Shown here piece after piece: positions 16,200 to 28,059 of a stretch of 64,000 nt of DNA. A program made the position numbers and the translations under genes. The stretch comes from the human T2T-CHM13v2.0 reference genome, Homo sapiens. Numbering within the stretch: the first letter of the stretch is position 1; each line of letters begins with the position of its first letter. A model generated the notes under the pieces. The model made no database searches, had not been told where the DNA came from, and saw only the letters and a list, made by a program, of their open reading frames with translations. The DNA lies in NCBI RefSeq assembly GCF_009914755.1, contig NC_060927.1. The stretch is one strand, 5' to 3'.

Positions 16200-16525
16200 A
16201 ACAAGGCTTTATCTAAAACCCTGGGGCCAGATGTCAGAATTCAGAATTATCTTGGATTTTTAGAAAAGTAATACAATGTATGTACTGTGTATTATTTACA
16301 CTCCCAGCAGACTCTGGGACAGCACTCTGTACTAAAATACATTAATATTTTTGCAGTAAAAGGTGAATATTTATGCTACTTGGCCAAATAGTCTCATGTA
16401 GGTCCAGGTAAAGTTTTGCTTTCAAATGAGTTCAGGTGAGGTCAGATTTTGCTGCCAAATAAGCTACAAAAACTCAGTTTGTAGTGCTTTCTGGATTTTG
16501 GAATGCAGATCAGGATTAATGGATG
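16200..16525 (-). mobile_element. MER46C (TcMar-Tigger) DNA transposon relic
   Basis: GGGGCCAGATGTCAGAATTCAGAATT..GGATTTTAGAAAAGTAATAC..ACATTAATATTTTTGCAG..CAGGTGAGGTCAGATTTTGCTGCCAAAT..TGGATTTTGGAAT. Confidence 0.75.
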
Positions 16526-16908
16526 TGTGGTTCCTGTTTCCATCAGTTGGCCTCTCCTGCCACTCACATTCATGTTCCGGTTGCAATGAACTCAGGAGAA
16601 CAAAATGAGAGAGGCGAGTTTGCTGGGAGAGAATCCCATGATACATTGAAAAGGCCAAGAGGATGGCTCAGGATTTAACCTTGCAACTGCCTTCCACACC
16701 CCTTGGCCCAGATAACTGAGAGCTACGTGAGCCTAGAAAATGAATCAGAACTAAGGTTCAGGGGACAAAAATCCCCACCGACCTTTCCCGGAGTTGTTCC
16801 TTCATGCACTGTAGCACACCCATGGAAACTTCCTCCTAGGTTATCCTAAGTCAAAGTGGCTGCTACCACTTTGGGCTCTGAACTGGGGGAAGTCCTCTAG
16901 CTCTTTAA

Positions 16909-17369
<461 letters not shown>

Positions 17370-17902
17370 TAAATATGGCTATATGTAATTATCACATACA
17401 TAGATAATGGTCCACACCATGTTTTCTCAACATATCTTTAGTCGTGCTCTTAAAATATATGTAGAAGTCTTATCAGCATCTTGTGACACTACCTTGGCAA
17501 TTCTCAGATGTGTGGCCATTGTATAAATATTGCTTGAAGCCTTCTTAAAAGGATGTAATTTTTAAGAGATTCAATGTTGCTCATATTAAAGGTAAAGGAA
17601 GACTTTGCCTATGGGGATCCTTCTGCATGGTGGTGCATTCTCATCCATCCTGCCCTCAAAGCCCAGGACCAATGCCACTTCCTCTACAAAAACCTGAAAC
17701 AAAGTCTCACCTGGTTCCTCTAGTTGGAAGGGAACTCTCTTACATCTTCTGAAGTCTCACAGAACTATTTCAGCATCTTTTGTGTAGTGTCAATTACTTT
17801 TTGTCTTGCCAAATTGTTTCTGGAAACCATTTACTTTTACATCTGCAACTGCCCCCAGGCTAAAACCTTAAATGGAGGTAAATACTTAATCATTTAAAAC
17901 AG

Positions 17903-18198
17903 TTTTTTTTAGAGATAGGGTCTCACTCTGTTACCCAGGCTAGAGTGCAGTGGTGCCATCGTAGCTCACTGTAGCCTTTATCTCTGGAATCAAGTGATCC
18001 TCTCCGCTCAGCCTCCCTAGTAACTGGGACTACAAGCGCATGCCACCACAACAGGTTGTTTTTATTTTTATTTTTTTGTAGATATGGGAATCCCACTATG
18101 TTGCCCAGGCTTGTCTAGTACTCCTGGCCTCAAGTGATCCTCCTGCCTCAGTCTTTCTTAGTGTTGGGATTACAGGTGTGAGCCACCTTGACCGGCCT
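17903..18198 (-). mobile_element. AluJ
   Basis: Antisense diverged dimer. Confidence 0.9.
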
Positions 18199-18287
18199 TG
18201 ACATTGATTTTTAATATGAACATTTGTGCACTTAACTTTTTAAGTATTTGTTTCTTTAAGTTCACTGAAAAAATGAAGTTAGTCTTA

Positions 18288-18596
<309 letters not shown>

Positions 18597-19115
18597 GTTT
18601 CTCTAATAAGTTGTTGATGCAACTGAATTAAAAAAAGATATTCTATTTTTCAAAGGAAATCAGATTACTCATTAATTACTCAACATCAGTCACTATGAAT
18701 TGTGCAATAATGAAAGCAAAATTTAAAAACAGGAGACTCTAAAAAGAGTCAGCAAATTAGATTATGAATGGAATGTTTAAAAGACAAAGATTGAGCAATT
18801 TTAAGGGTCACAGCTGTCCCTAGGAACTTAACCAACTACAATGTTCAGAACAATAGTGTATGTAAAGGAATGCATATTAGATCAGATCACATAAAGCCAA
18901 GTATTGAAACACTGAAATTCAAGTAAGGAACCTACACAATCCCTACTGTTAAAACAGAGAGAGAGAGAGAGAGAAAGAAAAGTAATTTATTCATCTCCAG
19001 TAACATGATCATTCACTATATTGAAATGCTAAGGCAGTAAATAATCTAAGATTTGGGTTTGATGAAATTAGTACGTTTATTTCTCAGACATGCAGAAGGA
19101 GGTATTTAATTAACC

Positions 19116-19210
19116 AGCAAGATTGCCAGATGAAATAAAGTACTCTCAAGTAAATCTGAATTTCAGATAAACAACAAATAATATTTTAGCATAAGTGTAT
19201 CTCACATTTT
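19116..19210 (+). mobile_element. MER53 (hAT) fragment
   Basis: GATTGCCAGATGAAATA..AAATCTGAATTTCAGATAAACAACAAATAATATTTTAGCATAAGT. Confidence 0.7.
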
Positions 19211-19261
19211 TAATGGATTTATATCTCAGTTCTGATTCTCTGCTACTAATTATTATGACTC

Positions 19262-19925
19262 ATTAATTCAATTACTGATTCAACAGTAATTTGTTGAGGG
19301 CCTTATTCTATGTCAAGTACTGTGGGTGGAATTGACCACATGGTGATAAGCAAAATAGTCATGATCTTTTCCCCATAATTCGTACAGTTTAGTAGGCTGA
19401 TTGAAATGAGTAAATAGGCAATTACTCTAACATAATACTTGCCATGATTCACAGTTTATTCATTAGAGGGACAATTAACCCAGGCTTGGGTCAGAAAAAG
19501 ATGCCTAGAGAAAGTAATTTAGATTAGGCCAAAGGCAAAAAGGTTGAGGAAGTAGAGGGAGAGTCTAATGAGAGTGTACCTACCACAAGGGGAAAGCTTG
19601 GAAGACAACGGATATCACGGGACATTTGAGAAACCGAAGACTCCAATAAAGTCTAGTTGAACTATAGACCACAAAGCTGTGAGTGGCAAGAAATGTGACT
19701 AGAGAGGTATGCCATGGTCAGATCATGAGGGGCCTTGTATAAATCCAATGGAAGCCTTATTGAATGGTCCATGCAGCAAAGTGACAGTCATATTTACAAA
19801 TTAGAAAGCTCACTCTGGCAGTAGAGGAGAAAATAGACTGGAAGTGAGGACACCATTGTTGTGGGTTCGGAATGGGTATAGAAAGAAGTAAATAGATACA
19901 AGAGCTATTTAGAAGGTCACTCAAA
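19262..19925 (-). mobile_element. L2 LINE 3' fragment
   Basis: TTCAACAGTAATTTGTTGAG..CTATGTCAAGTACTGT..CAGATCATGAGGGGCCTTGTA..TTTAGAAAGCTCACTCTGGC. Confidence 0.7.
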
Positions 19926-19957
19926 AACTGTTTTGCTCTTTAGATAGGTGCAAAATT

Positions 19958-20470
<513 letters not shown>

Positions 20471-20854
20471 TTAATAAAGTGTACCTAATTTACCTATAAT
20501 GTGATTTTGGTTGACTTGGAGTTACTGGAAAACCAGCCCATAAATGGGCACTTTGCCAGGGTTATAGACAGAAATTTCCATGGGCCTTATTTGACTGGCT
20601 GCCTAAGAGGATCACCAATTATACAAACTATCCATGAGATAGTTTTTATTAATAAAGGAGTATGTTTAGTTTTTTCTCATGAAGATGATCTGTGCCCCGC
20701 CATGATGAGAGAAATAATTCAAAAAGGAAGCCAGAAAGCGAAATCAATGATATGCAAAGGAATCAAGACTAGTGACAAACATTGGCAAATGGAAAAGGGA
20801 AAGAAGCAATGTCATCAAATAAAACAAATAAGCAAACACGGCCATAGTTTCTCT

Positions 20855-21088
20855 CTTTTTATTATTTTTTTCTTTTAAAAATAGAAGTGGGGGCTCTTGG
20901 GCCACTTGCTTGAACCCACTCCCACTTTGTGGAGTGTACTTTCATTTCAATAAATCTGTGCTTTCGTTAAATAAATAAATAATAAAGATGGGGTCCCACT
21001 TTTTCAACTACACTGGTCTTTAACTCCTGACCTCAAGTGCTCCTCTCGCTTAGCTGGAATTACAGGCGTAAGCCACTACATCTAGCCC
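20855..21088 (-). mobile_element. FLAM/Alu monomer interrupted by an LTR-derived poly(A) insert
   Basis: T-rich tail, AATAGA.GTGGGG, resumes at GATGGGGTCCCACT..AACTCCTGACCTCAAGTG..ATTACAGGCGTAAGCCAC. Confidence 0.7.
20894..20986 (+). mobile_element. Retroposed MER4-group (LTR26-like) LTR R-region fragment with A tail
   Basis: CCCACTTTGTGGAGTGTACTTTCATTTC-AATAAA(20949-20954)-TCTGTGCTTTCGTT, then AAATAAATAAATAATAAA. Confidence 0.65.
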
Positions 21089-21111
21089 ATAGTGACGACT
21101 TATTGAAAACT

Positions 21112-21380
21112 GGGCCAGGCGCAGTGGCTCATGCTTGTAATCCCAGTACTTTGAAAGGCCAAGGTGGGTGGATCGCATGAGCCCAGGAGTTCGAGACCAG
21201 TCTAGGCAACACAGTGAAACCCCGTCTCTACAAAAAATACAAAAATTAGCCAGATGTGGTGGCATGCACCTGTAGTCCCAGTTACATGGGGAGATAAGGT
21301 GGGAGGATCACCTGAGCCAGGAAGGTTGAGGCTGCAGTCAGCGGAGAGACCTTGTCTCAAAAAAAAAAAAAAAAAAAGAG
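21112..21380 (+). mobile_element. AluJ with deletion in right arm
   Basis: Dimer lacking about 35 nt before GAGACCTTGTCTC. Confidence 0.9.
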
Positions 21381-21399
21381 AGAAAATGGACTCCTGTGC

Positions 21400-21600
21400 C
21401 ATGCCCTGGTTTAGGACAGTACATATATTATCTAATTTCATTCTCACAAATGTACTAAGAATTAATTGTTGTTCCTGTTTTACAGATGAGGAAAATTGTG
21501 GCTGTAAGTAACTCCCCGCTAAAATCACACTGCTTGTAATTGCTAGAGTCAATATTTCCATCCCAGGTTTCTTTACCTGTAAAGGACTATTGTGCTGCTC
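21400..21600 (-). mobile_element. MIR fragment
   Basis: CTAATTTCATTCTCACAA..TTTTACAGATGAGGAAAATTG MIR core. Confidence 0.65.
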
Positions 21601-21859
21601 AGAAAAGATAATTTTCTCATGGAGGGTCAACCTGGCATTTCTGAAGCAGTACCTTTGCATTCTGAACAGAACAACAAGGACAACTCATAGGGACCATTAA
21701 GTTTATGAAATGCTGGTATCTTTCTATTGGGAGGTAAAAAAACTTCCATGCATAGATTTGGTGAGGCTAATAGAGGCATGTTTTATAATTTGTGAAGATG
21801 TTATTCAAGATTCAGTACACCCACCTATTACATCTTTATTTATTTCTTTATTTGTTTTT

Positions 21860-21957
21860 AGGCTCGTCAGGTGAAGCAGTGGGAATGGAAAAGGAACAAA
21901 GAAATCTGTAACTGATTGTGATCAATTAGTTGTAAACACCACTGCCCTTGGACCAGC
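21860..21957 (-). pseudogene. Y3 RNA (RNY3) processed pseudogene
   Basis: Reverse complement GCTGGTCCAAGGGCAGTGGTGTTTACAACTAATTGATCACAATCAGTTACAGATTTCTTTGTTCCTTTTCCATTCCCACTGCTTCACCTGACGAGCCT matches recalled hY3 with a few substitutions; degenerate A tail 21828-21859; TSD ACCCACCTA at 21819-21827 and 21959-21967. Confidence 0.95.
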
Positions 21958-21992
21958 GACCCACCTAGTACTTCCTAGTTCTATAGATTTAG
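21862..21992 (+). other. Candidate 131-nt exon formed from the antisense Y3 pseudogene
   Basis: Acceptor TTTCTTTATTTGTTTTTAG (AG at 21860-21861); donor TAG|GTAAGG at 21992/21993. Confidence 0.45.
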
Positions 21993-22059
21993 GTAAGGAT
22001 AGCAGATGCAGCCAAAATAGTTAAATTATTGATGGTTGATTTATGATGACTTAGAAAAC

Positions 22060-22740
<681 letters not shown>

Positions 22741-22889
22741 CTTCAGATTCCTAATAAAAGGATTCCTAGAAATCTTCATGTGAATGTCCAAAGCAACTCA
22801 AATTAACACGTTCAAAACTGAACTCATTATCCTCTCTCGGAATTGCCTCTGTCCATTTCTCCCTAACTCAATTAACGGACTATCAAATA

Positions 22890-23430
22890 GTCAAGATTCT
22901 CAACTGCAAGTGCCCGAACTCAATTTTAAGTAGTTTAGACAACAAAGGAAATGTATTGCCTCATGAAATCCAAGGAAAATTTATATAACCAAATTGTAGG
23001 AGGGGCAGGGATGCAGATGGGCCCCGGGAATAACTGCAGCCAGGGTCTTCAATATTAGCAGGAATCCTCTTCCTGTTTCTCCTTGCCTTTTGGCTTCATT
23101 TTCTTTTGCTTCAGACTGACTTCTTCTATATGATGAAAAATATGGCTGCCAGCTGCATCCTTTTATATCTATCTATTGCAACTTCCATTCTTTATAAGGG
23201 ACTGACTAAAGTTCACTTTGGTTCCAAGTTAGAAATTTTGGAGAAGTCTGATTGGCTTGGATTGAATCAGTTGTTCTCCCCTGTATCCATCCCTATGTAT
23301 GCCAGTGGGATGGGATATATGCTTGTCATAGGTGAGGTGTCTTCCTACACCAGTCAGTTAGGGCCACTGTGGCAAAATTATAGGAAAGCCAACTCCAGCT
23401 CCCTTGAAGTAAATTGTTAAGCAGTTTCAG
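22890..23430 (-). mobile_element. Old MLT1-type (MaLR) LTR relic
   Basis: TCTCAACTGCAAGTG..TTTAGACAACAAAGGAAATGTATTG..TCTGATTGGCTTGGATTGAATCA. Confidence 0.5.
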
Positions 23431-23448
23431 AAGAAAAGTTGGGAGTTT

Positions 23449-23670
23449 CTTTTTTTTTTTTTTTTTTGAGATAGGGTCTCGTTCTGTGACCCAACTGGAA
23501 TGCAGTGGTGCAATCATGGCTCACTGCAGCCTCAACCTTCTGGGCCCAAGGGAGCTTCCCACCTCAGCCTCCTGAGTAGCTGAGACTACGGGTGGTGCCA
23601 CCATGCACGGCTGATTTTTTGTAGAGATGAGCTTTCGCTATGTTGAGCAGGCTGGTTTCAAACTCCTGAG
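23449..23670 (-). mobile_element. AluJ, part 1 (split by HERV-H)
   Basis: Poly-T, GAGATAGGGTCTC..CTGGTTTCAAACTCCTGAG, then interrupted. Confidence 0.93.
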
Positions 23671-24102
23671 TGTCTCACGTGTCTGTGTGAAGAGACCCCC
23701 GAACAGACTTTGTGTGAGCAACAAGGCTGTTTATTTCACCTGGGTGCAGGTGGGCTGAGTCTGAAAAAGAAGTCAGCAAAGTGTGGTGGATTATCATTAG
23801 TTCTTATAGGTTTTGGGATAGGCGGTGGAGTTAAGAGCAATGTTTTGCTGGCAGAGGGTGGATCTCACAAAGTACATGCTCAAGGGTGGGGAGAATTACA
23901 AAGAACCTTCTTAAGGGTGGGGGAGATTACGAAGTACATTGATTAGTTAGGGTGGGGCAGAAACAAATCACAATGGTGGAATGTCATCAGTTAAGGCTAT
24001 TTTCACTTCTTTTGTGGATCTTCAGTTGCTTCAGGCCGTCTGGATGTATATGTGCAGGTCACAAGGGATATGATGGCTTAGCTTGGGCTCAGATGCCTGA
24101 CA
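23671..24102 (-). mobile_element. HERV-H 3' LTR (LTR7B-like)
   Basis: Minus strand reads TGTCAGGCATCTGAGCCCAAGCTAAGCCATCATATCC...AATAAACAGCC...CACGTGAGACA; PPT AAGAAGACAGGAA at 24103-24115. Confidence 0.93.
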
Positions 24103-24119
24103 TTCCTGTCTTCTTATAT

Positions 24120-24800
24120 TAACAAGAAAAATAAAATGAAATAGTGGTAAAGTGTTGGGGCGGCAAAAATTTTGGGGGTGGTATGGAGAGATAATGGGCG
24201 ATGTTTCTCAGGGCTGCTTCAAGCGGGATTAGGTGTGGCATGGGAACCTACAGTAGGAGAGATTCAACTGAAGAAAGATTTTGGGGTAAGGGGTGATATT
24301 GTGAGGTTGTTAGAAGGAGCATTTGTCATATAGAATTATTGGTGATGGCCTGGATGCGGTTTTGTATGAATTGAAAAACTAAACTGATGACACAAGGTCC
24401 GAAGAGAAGGAGAAAAACAGGTATTAAAGGACTAAGAATTGGGAAGACCCAGGACATCCAATTAGAGAGTGCCCAAGGAGGTTCAGCATAGCCCTGCCAG
24501 CAAAGATTATTTATTTACTTTAAGAGGGAGTTAAGAGTGGCGGTTTGGGGATAGCACCAGGAGATATCAGCTGTGATGGCTTGGAGAAACAGTGTAAACC
24601 GGCGGTGTAAACAAGAGTAGGGCATTTATGAGTAGTTGAGAATGTTGTAGGAGTGTGACTAGATGGAAGATAGTAGGGATGACTATTTTGGGGGGCTCAG
24701 TCTAAGTAGTGGGGGTGACTTCGTAAAGCCCTGTTGCAAAAAGTAGGGTAAGGACGAACAGACCTAATAGAATGAAGGGACGTATTAGGCGCATAAGGGT
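24120..24800 (-). pseudogene. HERV-H env remnant (5' piece plus TM C-terminus, large internal deletion)
   Basis: Minus strand gives ILSPLIPVFLLLFGPCV and FQFIQNRIQAITNNSI* TM-like segments with stops and frameshifts. Confidence 0.75.
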
Positions 24801-24802
24801 TA

Positions 24803-24985
24803 TTACTGTTCTTCAGAAATGTGAGTGGGTTTAAGGGAAGTAGGAGAGAGTACTTGCGATTTCCAGGAGGAAGAGGAGAGATTAGGCTGGCTGTCGGAGG
24901 GACACAGCTTTATCCTGGAACAGTGAACCCGGTGGGGAGGATCCTGCAGGTGGACGGCAGTTGAGGTACCATAGATGACTAAGTG
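24803..24985 (-). pseudogene. HERV-H integrase C-terminal tail
   Basis: Translates LVIYGTSTAVHLQDPPHRVHCSRIKLCPSDSQPNLSSSSWKSQVLSPTSLKPTHISEEQ* (GPY/F-module-like). Confidence 0.75.
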
Positions 24986-25194
24986 GGGTAAGGGCGATTA
25001 GGTTTTAATGGGATGGTAAGTGGTGCACGATTGGTTGCCAAGAAGGGAGTAGAGGTGTCCTATATTTGTGGTTTAAGGTGGGGAGATACAAGGAGAGGAT
25101 GTGAAGGAGGGTTTGAACTGGGGAAAAGGGCGGCACTGAGGTGTGGCTGTAGCCTAGGAATAGTCAGGGAAGCAGATAATTTAATTAAAATGTT

Positions 25195-25440
25195 TCAGCC
25201 TAATAAGGGAACTGGGCAGGTGGGCAAAACTAAAAAGGAGTGCTTAAAAGAGTATTGTCTAAGTTGGCACCAGAGTTGGGGAGTTTTAAGAGGTTTAGAA
25301 GCCTGGCCATCAATACCCACAACAGTTATGGAGGCAAACGAAACAGGCCCTTGAAAAGAAGGTAATGTGGAGTAGGTAGCCTCCGTATTGATTAAGAAGA
25401 GTACGGACTTACCCTCCACTGTAAGAGTTACCCAAAGCAT
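25195..25440 (-). pseudogene. HERV-H protease remnant
   Basis: VTLTVEGKSVLFLINTEATYSTLPSFQG: the aspartic-protease DTG triad is degraded to NTE; ends ..PVPLLG. Confidence 0.85.
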
Positions 25441-25480
25441 CTGTGATGGTCCAGGAGGCTTCCGAGGCGATCGGGCAGCG

Positions 25481-26640
25481 TCAGTCTTCAGCTGCTAAGC
25501 TGAGAAGATCTAGGAAAGAGTCAGTCAGAGAGCCTTGGGCCAGAGTTCCAGGGGCTCTGGGAGTGGCTGCTGGGCGAGTTGGACAATCTGATTTCCAGTG
25601 GGGTCCTGCACAGATGGGACATGGCTTAGGAGGAATCCTGGCTGTGGGTATTCCTTGGCACAGTGGCCAGATCTCTGGCACTTGTAGCAAGCTCCTGGGG
25701 GAGGAGGTTCTGGAGGAACCCCTGGCAGCTGCGGTTCAGGCGTTTGGAGTTCTTGTGTGCTGGAAATATGGCTGGGGTTTGTTTCACAGTGGAGGCAAAG
25801 AATTGCAACTCAGAAATACATTGCTACTTGGCTGCCTCTACTCTATTATTATACACCTTGAAGGCGAGGTTAATTAAGTCCTGTTGTGGGGTTTGAGGGC
25901 TGGAATTTAATTTTTGGAGGTTTATTTAATGTTGGGAGCAGATTGGGTGGTAAAATAAAATGCATATTGAGAATAAGATGGCCTTCTGACCTTTCAGGGT
26001 CTAGGGCTATAAAGCATCTCAGGGTTGCTGCCAAACGGGACATGAACTGGGCTGGGTTTTTATATTTGATGAAAAAGAGCCTAAATGCTAACTGATTTGG
26101 GAGAGGTTGGATAAAGAAAAAGGAGCATTAACCTTGACTATGCCTTTAGCTCCAGCCACCTTTTTAAGAGGAAATTGCAGGTAGGGGAGGGCTAGTCGCC
26201 GAACGAAACTGTAAGCCGGACCAGGTGTGAGGAGGGGAGGTGATAAAAGGATTATAGGGTGGGGGATTGGAGGCTGAGGAAAAATTGGGGACCTAGCTCG
26301 GCCTGGCAAGGAGCAGCCTGGGGAGGAGGGGAGAGGTCAGATGGGTCCGTAGAAAAGGAAGATTCAGAAGACTCAGAGACACTTGGGGTTGGGACTGAAG
26401 GGACAGGCAGGAGGGAAAGAAGGAAGATTTGGGATGAGTTGCATTGGGAACAGAGACTAGGGAGGGACCGATGTGTAAAAGAATGCCTGGACGTCAGGTA
26501 CCTCACACCGTTTGCCCATTTTATGACAAGAATTATTTAGATCTTGTAGGATGGAGAAATCAAAAATGCCATTTTCTGGCCATTTGGAACCACTGTCGAG
26601 TTTGTATTGGGGTCAAGTGGTGTTGCAGAAGAAAATAAGA
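25481..26640 (-). pseudogene. HERV-H gag remnant (frameshifted)
   Basis: NC zinc knuckle CPICAGPHWKSDC (CX2CX4HX4C) in ORF 25481-25690; VAGAKGIVKVNAPFSLSNLSQIS in ORF 26088-26309. Confidence 0.85.
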
Positions 26641-26759
26641 CACTTAGATTTTAGGTCAGGTGAGAGTTGAAGAGGTTTTAAGTTCTTGAGAACACAGGCT
26701 AAGGGAGAAGAAGGAGGAGTGGAGGGTGGAAGCTTGCCCATAGTGAAGGAGGCAAGTTT

Positions 26760-26945
26760 AAAGAGAAGGGTAGAGACATGGAGAGAAGGGGTGGGGGGTG
26801 CTTGCTCCCCAGGAAAGTGGAAAAGGGGTGGGAGGTGCTTGCACCCCAGGAAAGTGGAAAAGCAGCAGAGACACGGAGAGAAGGGATGAGGGGTGATTTC
26901 CCCCCAGGAAAGTGGAGAAAGGGTAGAGACACAGAGAGAAGGGGT
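26760..26945 (-). repeat. Tandem leader repeats of HERV-H
   Basis: CCCCAGGAAAGTGGA three times, with GAGACA..GAGAGAAGGGG units. Confidence 0.8.
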
Positions 26946-27451
26946 GGAGTGAGCAGCCCTGGGCTGCAATGTGGATAAGCAGCCAAAGCAGGCATCCCCG
27001 CAATTGACTTGCCACCAAGGGAATGTGGGTGAATGACCAAGGCAGACATCCCTGCGGAGATCAGACACCAATGGAATGTGGGTGAATAATCAGGCAGGCA
27101 TCCACACAATGATTAAACACCAAGGAAAGGCTGCCTTCCCAAGTCTGTGACCAGCACCGGAGTTTTGGGTCCATGGATAAAATGTGTCTCCTTTGTCTCT
27201 ACCAGAAAATGAAAGGAACTGAAATTAACAGAAGGGAGAGATTGAAGGGTGGCGCCAAGATTGAAAGGAGAAAGAGGTTGAGGGATAGTGAGAGGGGTTG
27301 GACAAGAGAGTAAAAATAGGCCGCTTACCCAATTTACAATCGGTGAGATGTTCCTTGGGCTGGTTGGTCTGAGGACCGAAGGTCGTAGGTGGATCTCTTC
27401 ACAGAGTGAGGGTGAGGACAAGGGACTGCTCTCCCAAAGGAGTCCCGCTGA

Positions 27452-27469
27452 CCCGGGTCTTCGGCACCA
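27452..27469 (-). other. Primer binding site, tRNA-Phe-like
   Basis: TGGTGCCGAAGACCCGGG, 2 nt after the 5' LTR end. Confidence 0.85.
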
Positions 27470-27471
27470 AA

Positions 27472-27903
27472 TGTCTCACATGTCCTTGTGAAGAGACCAC
27501 CAAACAGGCTTTGTGTGAGCAGCAAGGCTGTTTATTTCACCTGGGTGCAGGCGGGCTGTGTCTGAAAAAGGAGTCAGCAAAGAGTGGTGGATTATCGTTA
27601 GTTCTTATAGGGTTTGGGATAGGTGGTGGAGTTAGGAGCAATGTTTTGCAGGCAGGGGGTAGAACTCACAAAGTACATTCTCAAGGATGGGGAGAATTAC
27701 AAAGAACCTTCTTAAGGGTGGGGGAGATTACAAAGTACATTGATCAGTTAGGGTGGGGCAGAAACAAATCAAAATGGTGGAATGTCATCAGTTAAGGCTA
27801 TTTTCACTTCTTTTGTGGATCTTCAGTTGCTTCAGGCCATCTGGATGTGTAGGTGCAGGTCACAGGGGATATGATGGCTTAGCTTGGGCTCAGAAGCCTG
27901 ACA
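27472..27903 (-). mobile_element. HERV-H 5' LTR (LTR7B-like)
   Basis: 432 bp, colinear with the 3' LTR; about 29 substitutions and no indels by manual count. Confidence 0.93.
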
Positions 27904-27908
27904 CTGAG

Positions 27909-27978
27909 CTCAAGCAATTCTCCTGCCTCAGCCTCCCAAAGTGTTGGGATTACAGATATGAGCCACCAGGCCTGGCCT
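27909..27978 (-). mobile_element. AluJ, part 2 (continuation after HERV-H)
   Basis: CTCAAGCAATTCTCCTGCCTCAGCCTCCCAAAGTGTTGGGATTACAG completes the left arm. Confidence 0.93.
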
Positions 27979-28059
27979 GATTTTTTCATTTTTAGTAAAA
28001 AATGCAGTGGTATAAGCAGCAAAGCCTTAGGTGCCACAGTAATGACAAATCCATCCATT

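Larger units (their letters stand above)
23671..27903 (-). mobile_element. HERV-H provirus, 4233 bp, internally deleted, two LTRs
   Basis: Two 432-bp LTRs, PBS, gag/pro/IN-tail/env remnants, PPT, 5-bp TSD CTGAG (23666-23670 / 27904-27908). Confidence 0.97.

Noticed and set aside
20501-20878. 125-aa ORF in apparently unique DNA
   Set aside because: Non-ATG start, no recognisable domain, and it ends in a FLAM T-tract; consistent with chance.
23671-24102. LTR-LTR mismatches skewed toward one half (about 21 versus 8)
   Set aside because: Manual count on small numbers; could reflect CpG content. Not enough to claim conversion or selection without a test.
25195-26640. HERV-H gag/pro ORFs as functional CDS
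   Set aside because: Fragmented by stops and frameshifts, protease DTG changed to NTE, and pol deleted; recorded as pseudogene remnants.
26760-27110. Short repeats with spacers that superficially resemble a CRISPR array
   Set aside because: Eukaryotic context, irregular spacing, related spacers and no cas genes; these are HERV-H leader repeats.
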